This document shows positions 38,101 to 47,100 of a DNA stretch of 64,000 nt, piece after piece. The translations under genes and the position numbers were made by a program. The notes under the pieces are model-generated. The model was not told where the DNA came from, ran no database searches, and saw only the letters and a program-made list of their open reading frames with translations. Numbering within the stretch: the first letter of the stretch is position 1; each line of letters opens with the position of its first letter. Source of the DNA: Eledone cirrhosa (taxonomy: Eukaryota); assembly GCA_964016885.1 (NCBI GenBank), contig OZ024741.1, forward strand, positions 255,192,001 through 255,256,000, in the 5' to 3' direction.

Positions 38101-41100
38101 TTTCTGTGTCACTGCCAGTGTTGTTGTAGTTGTTGCTGTTTTCTCTGTGAGTGCCAGTGTTGTTGTAGTTGTTGCTGTTTTCTCTGTCAGTGCCAGTGTT
38201 GTTGTAGTTGCTGTTTTCTGTGTCAGTGCCAGTGTTGTTGTTGTTGCTGTTTTCTCTGTCAGTGCCAGTGTTGTTGTAGTTGTTGCTGTTTTTTGTGCCA
38301 GTGCCAGTGTTATTGTTGCTGTTGTTGCAGTTTTGTCTGTCAGTGCCAGTGTTGTAGTTGTTGCTGTTTTCTCTGTCAGTGCCAGTGTTGTTGTAGTTGT
38401 TGCTGTTTTCTCTGTCAGTGCCAGTGTTGTTGTAGTTGTTGCTGTTTTCTGTGTCAATGCCAGTGTTGTTGTTGTTGCTGTTTTCTCTGTCAGTGCCAGT
38501 GTTGTTGTTGTTGCTGTTTTCTCTGTCAGTGCCAGTGTTCTTGTTGTTGCTGTTTTCTCTGTCAGTGCCAGTGTTGTTGTAGTTGTTGCTGTTTTCTGTG
38601 TCAGTGCCAGTGTTGTTGTAGTTGTTGCTGTTTTCTCTGTCAGTGCCAGTGTTGTTGTAGTTGTTGCTGTTTTCTCTGTCAGTGCCAGTGTTGTTGTAGT
38701 TGTTGCTGTTTTCTGTGCCAGTGCCAGTGTTGTTGTTGTTGCTGTTTTCTCTGTCAATGCCAGTGTTGTTGTTGTTGTTGCTGTTTTCTGTGTCAGTGCC
38801 ACTGTTGTTGTTGCTGTTTTCTGTGTCAGTGCCAGTGTTGTTGTTGTTGCTGTTTTCTCTGTCAGTGCCAGTGTTGTTGTTGCTGTTTTCTCTGTCAGTG
38901 CCAGTGTTGTTGTTGTTGCTGTTTTCTGTGTCAGCGCCAGTGTTGTTGTAGTTGTTGCTGTTTTCTGTGCCAGTGCCAGTGTTGTTGTAGTTGTTGCTGT
39001 TTTCTGTGTCACTGCCAGTGTTGTTGTAGTTGTTGCTGTTTTCTCTGTGAGTGCCAGTGTTGTTGTAGTTGTTGCTGTTTTCTCTGTCAGTGCCAGTGTT
39101 GTTGTAGTTGCTGTTTTCTGTGTCAGTGCCAGTGTTGTTGTTGTTGCTGTTTTCTCTGTCAGTGCCAGTGTTGTTGTAGTTGTTGCTGTTTTTTGTGCCA
39201 GTGCCAGTGTTATTGTTGCTGTTGTTGCAGTTTTGTCTGTCAGTGCCAGTGTTGTTGTTGTTGCTGTTTTCTGTGTCAGTGCCAGTGTTGTTGTTGCTGT
39301 TTTCTGTGTCAGTGCCAGTGTTGTTGTAGTTGTTGCTGTTTTCTGTGCCAGTGCCAGTGTTGTTGTAGTTGTTGCTGTTTTCTGTGTCAGTGCCAGTGTT
39401 GTTGTAGTTGTTGCTGTTTTCTCTGTGAGTGCCAGTGTTGTTGTAGTTGTTGCTGTTTTCTCTGTCAGTGCCAGTGTTGTTGTAGTTGTTGCTGTTTTCT
39501 GTGTCAGTGCCAGTGTTGTTGTTGTTGCTGTTTTCTCTGTCAGTGCCAGTGTTGTTGTAGTTGTTGCTGTTTTCTGTGTCAGTGCCAGTGTTGTTGTTGC
39601 TGTTTTCTCTGTCAGTGCCAGTGTTGTTGTAGTTGTTGCTGTTTTCTCTGTCAGTGCCAGTTTTGTTGTAGTTGTTGCTGATTTCTGTGTCAGTGCCAGT
39701 GTTGTTGTAGTTGTTGCTGTTTTCTTTGTCAGTGCCAGTGTTGTTGTTGTTGCTGTTTTCTCTGTCAGTGCCAGTATTGTAGTTGTTGCTGTTTTCTCTG
39801 TCAGTGCCAGTGTTGTTGTTCTTGTTGCTGTTTTCTCTGTCAGTGCCAGTGTTGTTGTTGTTGCTATTTTCACTGTCAGTGCCAGTGTTGTTGTTGTTGC
39901 TATTTTCACTGTCAGTGCCAGTGTTGTTGTTGTTACTGTTGCTGTTTTCTGTGTCAGTGCCAGTGTTGTTGTTGTTACTGTTGCTGTTTTCTGTGCCAGT
40001 GCCAGTGTTATTGTTGCTGTTGTTGCTGTTTTGTCTGTCAGTGCCAGTGTTGTAGTTGTTGCTGTTTTCTCTGTCAGTGCCAGTGTTGTTGTAGTTGTTG
40101 CTGTTTTCTGTGTCAGTGCCAGTGTTGTTGTTGTTACTGTTTTCTCTGTCAGTGCCAGTGTTGTTGTAGTTGTTGCTGTTTTCTCTGTCAGTGACAGTGT
40201 TGTTTTAGTTGTTGCTGTTTTCTGTGTCAGTGCCAGTGTTGTTGTAGTTGTTGCTGTTTTTTCTGTCAGTGCCAGTGTTGTTGTTGTTGTTGCTGTTTTC
40301 TCTGTCAGTGCCAGTGTTGTAGTTGTTGCTGTTTTCTCTGTCATTGCCAGTGTTGTTGTAGTTGTTGCTGTTTTCTGTGTCAGTGCCAGTGTTGTTGCTG
40401 TTGCTGTTTTCTCTGTCAGTGCCAGTGTTGTTGTAGTTGTTGCTGCTTTCTCTGTCAGTGCCAGTCTTGTTGTAGTTGTTGCTGTTTTCTGTGTCAGTGC
40501 CAGTGTTGTTGTTGTTGCTGTTTTCTCTGTCAATGCCAGTGTTGTTGTAGTTGTTGCTGTTTTCTGTGTCAGTGCCACTGTTGTTGTTGCTGTTTTCTGT
40601 GTCAGTGCCAGTGTTGTTGTTGTTGCTGTTTTCTCTGTCAGTGCCAGTGTTGTTGTTGCTGTTTTCTCTGTCAGTGCCAGTGTTGTTGTTGTTGCTGTTT
40701 TCTGTGTCAGCGCCAGTGTTGTTGTAGTTGTTGCTGTTTTCTGTGCCAGTGCCAGTGTTGTTGTAGTTGTTGCTGTTTTCTGTGTCACTGCCAGTGTTGT
40801 TGTAGTTGTTGCTGTTTTCTCTGTGAGTGCCAGTGTTGTTGTAGTTGTTGCTGTTTTCTCTGTCAGTGCCAGTGTTGTTGTAGTTGCTGTTTTCTGTGTC
40901 AGTGCCAGTGTTGTTGTTGTTGCTGTTTTCTCTGTCAGTGCCAGTGTTGTTGTAGTTGTTGCTGTTTTTTGTGCCAGTGCCAGTGTTATTGTTGCTGTTG
41001 TTGCAGTTTTGTCTGTCAGTGCCAGTGTTGTAGTTGTTGCTGTTTTCTCTGTCAGTGCCAGTGTTGTTGTAGTTGTTGCTGTTTTCTCTGTCAGTGCCAG

Positions 41101-44100
41101 TGTTGTTGTAGTTGTTGCTGTTTTCTGTGTCAATGCCAGTGTTGTTGTTGTTGCTGTTTTCTCTGTCAGTGCCAGTGTTGTTGTTGTTGCTGTTTTCTCT
41201 GTCAGTGCCAGTGTTCTTGTTGTTGCTGTTTTCTCTGTCAGTGCCAGTGTTGTTGTAGTTGTTGCTGTTTTCTGTGTCAGTGCCAGTGTTGTTGTAGTTG
41301 TTGCTGTTTTCTCTGTCAGTGCCAGTGTTGTTGTAGTTGTTGCTGTTTTCTCTGTCAGTGGCAGTGTTGTTGTAGTTGTTGCTGTTTTCTGTGTCAGTGC
41401 CAGTGTTGTTGTTGTTGCTGTTTTCTCTGTCAATGCCAGTGTTGTTGTAGTTGTTGCTGTTTTCTGTGTCAGTGCCACTGTTGTTGTTGCTGTTTTCTGT
41501 GTCAGTGCCAGTGTTGTTGTTGTTGCTGTTTTCTCTGTCAGTGCCAGTGTTGTTGTTGCTGCTTTCTCTGTCAGTGCCAGTCTTGTTGTAGTTGTTGCTG
41601 TTTTCTGTGTCAGTGCCAGTGTTGTTGTTGTTGCTGTTTTCTCTGTCAATGCCAGTGTTGTTGTAGTTGTTGCTGTTTTCTGTGTCAGTGCCACTGTTGT
41701 TGTTGCTGTTTTCTGTGTCAGTGCCAGTGTTGTTGTTGTTGCTGTTTTCTCTGTCAGTGCCAGTGTTGTTGTTGCTGTTTTCTCTGTCAGTGCCAGTGTT
41801 GTTGTTGTTGCTGTTTTCTGTGTCAGCGCCAGTGTTGTTGTAGTTGTTGCTGTTTTCTGTGCCAGTGCCAGTGTTGTTGTAGTTGTTGCTGTTTTCTGTG
41901 TCACTGCCAGTGTTGTTGTAGTTGTTGCTGTTTTCTCTGTGAGTGCCAGTGTTGTTGTAGTTGTTGCTGTTTTCTCTGTCAGTGCCAGTGTTGTTGTAGT
42001 TGCTGTTTTCTGTGTCAGTGCCAGTGTTGTTGTTGTTGCTGTTTTCTCTGTCAGTGCCAGTGTTGTTGTAGTTGTTGCTGTTTTTTGTGCCAGTGCCAGT
42101 GTTATTGTTGCTGTTGTTGCAGTTTTGTCTGTCAGTGCCAGTGTTGTAGTTGTTGCTGTTTTCTCTGTCAGTGCCAGTGTTGTTGTAGTTGTTGCTGTTT
42201 TCTCTGTCAGTGCCAGTGTTGTTGTAGTTGTTGCTGTTTTCTGTGTCAATGCCAGTGTTGTTGTTGTTGCTGTTTTCTCTGTCAGTGCCAGTGTTGTTGT
42301 TGTTGCTGTTTTCTCTGTCAGTGCCAGTGTTCTTGTTGTTGCTGTTTTCTCTGTCAGTGCCAGTGTTGTTGTAGTTGTTGCTGTTTTCTGTGTCAGTGCC
42401 AGTGTTGTTGTAGTTGTTGCTGTTTTCTCTGTCAGTGCCAGTGTTGTTGTAGTTGTTGCTGTTTTCTCTGTCAGTGCCAGTGTTGTTGTAGTTGTTGCTG
42501 TTTTCTGTGTCAGTGCCAGTGTTGTTGTTGTTGCTGTTTTCTCTGTCAATGCCAGTGTTGTTGTAGTTGTTGCTGTTTTCTGTGTCAGTGCCACTGTTGT
42601 TGTTGCTGTTTTCTGTGTCAGTGCCAGTGTTGTTGTTGTTGCTGTTTTCTCTGTCAGTGCCAGTGTTGTTGTTGCTGTTTTCTCTGTCAGTGCCAGTGTT
42701 GTTGTTGTTGCTGTTTTCTGTGTCAGCGCCAGTGTTGTTGTAGTTGTTGCTGTTTTCTGTGCCAGTGCCAGTGTTGTTGTAGTTGTTGCTGTTTTCTGTG
42801 TCACTGCCAGTGTTGTTGTAGTTGTTGCTGTTTTCTCTGTGAGTGCCAGTGTTGTTGTAGTTGTTGCTGTTTTCTCTGTCAGTGCCAGTGTTGTTGTAGT
42901 TGCTGTTTTCTGTGTCAGTGCCAGTGTTGTTGTTGTTGCTGTTTTCTCTGTCAGTGCCAGTGTTGTTGTAGTTGTTGCTGTTTTTTGTGCCAGTGCCAGT
43001 GTTATTGTTGCTGTTGTTGCAGTTTTGTCTGTCAGTGCCAGTGTTGTAGTTGTTGCTGTTTTCTCTGTCAGTGCCAGTGTTGTTGTAGTTGTTGCTGTTT
43101 TCTCTGTCAGTGCCAGTGTTGTTGTAGTTGTTGCTGTTTTCTGTGTCAATGCCAGTGTTGTTGTTGTTGCTGTTTTCTCTGTCAGTGCCAGTGTTGTTGT
43201 TGTTGCTGTTTTCTCTGTCAGTGCCAGTGTTCTTGTTGTTGCTGTTTTCTCTGTCAGTGCCAGTGTTGTTGTAGTTGTTGCTGTTTTCTGTGTCAGTGCC
43301 AGTGTTGTTGTAGTTGTTGCTGTTTTCTCTGTCAGTGCCAGTGTTGTTGTAGTTGTTGCTGTTTTCTCTGTCAGTGCCAGTGTTGTTGTAGTTGTTGCTG
43401 TTTTCTGTGTCAGTGCCAGTGTTGTTGTTGTTGCTGTTTTCTCTGTCAGTGCCAGTGTTGTTGTAGTTGTTGCTGTTTTCTGTGTCAGTGCCAATGTTGT
43501 TGTTGCTGTTTTCTGTGTCAGTGCCATTGTTATTGCTGTTGTTGCTGTTTTCTCTGTCAGTGCCAGTGTTGATGTTGCTGTTGTTGCTGTGGCTGTTTTC
43601 TCTGTCAGTGCCAGTGTTGTTGTAGTTGTTGCTGTTTTCTCTGTCAGTGCCAGTGTTGTAGTTGTTGCTGTTTTCTGTGTCAGTGCCAGTGTTGTTGTTG
43701 TTTCTGTTTTCTCTGTCAGCGCCAGTGTTGTTGTAGTTGTTGCTGTTTTCTCTGTCAGTGCCAGTGTTGTTGTAGTTGTTGCTGTTTTCTGTGTCAGTGC
43801 CGGTGTTGTTGTTGTTGCTGTTTTCTCTGTCAGTGCCAGTGTTGTTGTTGTTGCTGTTTTTTCTGTCAGTGCCAGTGTTGTTGTAGTTGTTGCTGTTTTC
43901 TGTGCCAGTGCCAGTGTTACTGTTGCTGTTGTTGCTGTTTTGTCTGTCAGTGCCAGTGTTGTTGTTGTTGCTGTTTTCTCTGTCAGTGCCAGTGTTGTTG
44001 TTGTTGCTGTTTTCTGTGTCAGTGCCAGTGTTGTTGTAGTAGTTGCTGTTTTCTGTGTCAGTGCCAGTGTTGTTGTAGTTGTTGCTGTTTTCTCTGTCAG

Positions 44101-47100
44101 TGCCAGTGTTGTTGTAGTTGTTGCTGTTTTTTGTGTCAGTGCCAGTGTTGTTGTAGTTGTTGCTGTTTTCTCTGTCAGTGCCAGTGTTGTTGTTGTTGTT
44201 GCTGTTTTCTCTGTCAGTGCCAGTGTTGTAGTTGTTGCTGTTTTCTCTGTCAGTGCCAGTGTTGTTGTAGTTGTTGCTGTTTTCTGTGTCAGTGCAAGTG
44301 TTGTTGTTGTTGCTGTTTTCTGTGTCAGTGCCAGTGTTGTTGTTGTTGCTATTTTCTCTGTCAGTGCCAGTGATGTTGTAGTTGTTGCTGTTTTCTGTGT
44401 TAGTGTCAGTGTTGTTGTAGTTGTTGCTGTTTTCTGTGACAGTGCCAGTGTTGTTGTTGTTGCTGTTTTCTCTGTCAGTGCCAGTGTTGTTGTAGTTGTT
44501 GCTGTTTTCTGTGTCAGTGCCACTGTTGTTGATGCTGTTTTCTCTGTCAGTGCCAGTGTTGTTGTAGTTTTTGCTGTTTTCTGTGTCAGTGCCAGTGTTG
44601 TTGTTGTTGCTGTTTTCTCTGTCAGTGCCAGTGTTGTTGCTGTTGCTATTTTCACTGTCAGTGCCAGTGTTGTTGTTGTTGCCGTTTTCTTTGTCAGTGC
44701 CAGTGTTGTTGTTGTTACTGTTGCTGTTTTCTGTGCCAGTTCCAGTGTTGCTGTTGCTGTTTTCTGTGCCAGTGCCAGTGTTATTGTTGCTGTTGTTGCT
44801 GTTTTCTGTGTCAGTGCCACGGTTGTTGTTGCTGTTGTTGCTGTTTTCTGTGTCAGTGCCAGTGTTGTTGTTGCTGTTTTCTGTGTCAGTGCCAGTGTTG
44901 TTGTTGCTGTTGTTGCTGTTTTCTGTGCCAGTGTTGTTGTAGTTGTTGCTGTTTTCTGTGTCAGTGCCGGTGTTGTTGTTGTTGCTGTTTTCTCTGTCAG
45001 TGCCAGTGTTGTTGTTGTTGCTGTTTTCTGTGTCATTGCCAGTGTTGTTGTAGTTGTTGCTGTTTTTTGTGTCAGTGCCAGTGTTGTTGTAGTTGTTGCT
45101 GTTTTCTGTGTCAGTGCCAGTGTTGTTGTAGTTGTTGCTGTTTTCTCTGTCAGTGCCAGTGTTGTTGTAGTTGTTGCTGTTTTCTCTGTCAGTGCCAGTG
45201 TTGTTGTAGTTGTTGATGTTTTCTGTGTCAATGCCAGTGTTGTTGTTGTTGCTGTTTTCTCTGTCAGTGCCAGTGTTGTAGTTGTTGCTGTTTTCTCTGT
45301 CAGTGCCAGTGTTGTTGTAGTTGTTGCTGTTTTCTGTGTCAGTGCCAGTGTTGTTGCTGTTGTTGCTGTTTTCTGTGTCAGTGCCAGTGTTGTTGTTGTT
45401 GCTGTTTTCTCTGTCAGTGCCAGTGTTGTTGTAGTTATTGCTGTTTTCTGTGTCAGTGCCACTGTTGTTGTTGCTGTTTTCTGTGTCGGTGACAGTGTTG
45501 TTGTTGTTGCTGTTTTCTCTGTCAGTGCCAGTGTTGTTGTTGCTGTTATCTCTGTCAGTGCCAGTGTTGTTGTTGCTGTTGTTGCTGTTGCTGTTTTCTC
45601 TGTCAGTGCCAGTGTTGTTGTAGTTGTTGCTGTTTTCTCTGTCAGTGCCAGTGTTGTAGTTGTTGCTGTTTTCTGTGTCAGTGCCAGTGTTGTTGCTGTT
45701 GCTGTTTTCTCTGTCAGTGCCAGTGTTGTTGTAGTTGTTGCTGTTTTCTCTGTCAGTGCCAGTGTTGTTGTAGTTGTTGCTGTTTTCTGTGTCAGTGCCG
45801 GTGTTGTTGTTGTTGCTGTTTTCTCTGTCAATGCCAGTGTTGTTGTTGTTGCTGTTTTCTCTGTCAGTGCCAGTGTTGTTGTTGTTGCTGTTTTCTGTGT
45901 CAGTGCCAGTGTTGTTGTTGCTGTTTTCTGTGTCAGTGCCAGTGTTGTTGTAGTTGTTGCTGTTTTCTGTGCCAGTGCCAGTGTTGTTGTAGTTGTTGCT
46001 GTTTTCTGTGTCAGTGCCAGTGTTGTTGTAGTTGTTGCTGTTTTCTCTGTGAGTGCCAGTGTTGTTGTAGTTGTTGCTGTTTTCTCTGTCAGTGCCAGTG
46101 TTGTTGTAGTTGTTGCTGTTTTCTGTGTCAGTGCCAGTGTTGTTGTTGTTGCTGTTTTCTCTGTCAGTGCCAGTGTTGTTGTAGTTGTTGCTGTTTTCTG
46201 TGTCAGTGCCAGTGTTGTTGTTGCTGTTTTCTCTGTCATTGCCAGTGTTGTTGTAGTTGTTGCTGTTTTCTCTGTCAGTGCCAGTTTTGTTGTAGTTGTT
46301 GCTGATTTCTGTGTCAGTGCCAGTGTTGTTGTAGTTGTTGCTGTTTTCTCTGTCAGTGCCAGTGTTGTTGTTGTTGCTGTTTTCTCTGTCAGTGCCAGTA
46401 TTGTAGTTGTTGCTGTTTTCTCTGTCAGTGCCAGTGTTGTTGTTGTTGTTGCTGTTTTCTCTGTCAGTGCCAGTGTTGTTGTTGTTGCTATTTTCACTGT
46501 CAGTGCCAGTGTTGTTGTTGTTGCTATTTTCACTGTCAGTGCCAGTGTTGTTGTTGTTACTGTTGCTGTTTTCTGTGTCAGTGCCAGTGTTGTTGTTGTT
46601 ACTGTTGCTGTTTTCTGTGCCAGTGCCAGTGTTATTGTTGCTGTTGTTGCTGTTTTGTCTGTCAGTGCCAGTGTTGTAGTTGTTGCTGTTTTCTCTGTCA
46701 GTGCCAGTGTTGTTGTAGTTGTTGCTGTTTTCTGTGTCAGTGCCAGTGTTGTTGTTGTTGCTGTTTTCTCTGTCAGTGCCAGTGTTGTTGTAGTTGTTGC
46801 TGTTTTCTCTGTCAGTGACAGTGTTGTTGTAGTTGTTGCTGTTTTCTGTGTCAGTGCCAGTGTTGTTGTAGTTGTTGCTGTTTTTTCTGTCAGTGCCAGT
46901 GTTGTTGTTGTTGTTGCTGTTTTCTCTGTCAGTGCCAGTGTTGTAGTTGTTGCTGTTTTCTCTGTCAGTGCCAGTGTTGTTGTAGTTGTTGCTGTTTTCT
47001 GTGTCAGTGCCAGTGTTGTTGCTGTTGCTGTTTTCTCTGTCAGTGCCAGTGTTGTTGTAGTTGTTGCTGCTTTCTCTGTCAGTGCCAGTCTTGTTGTAGT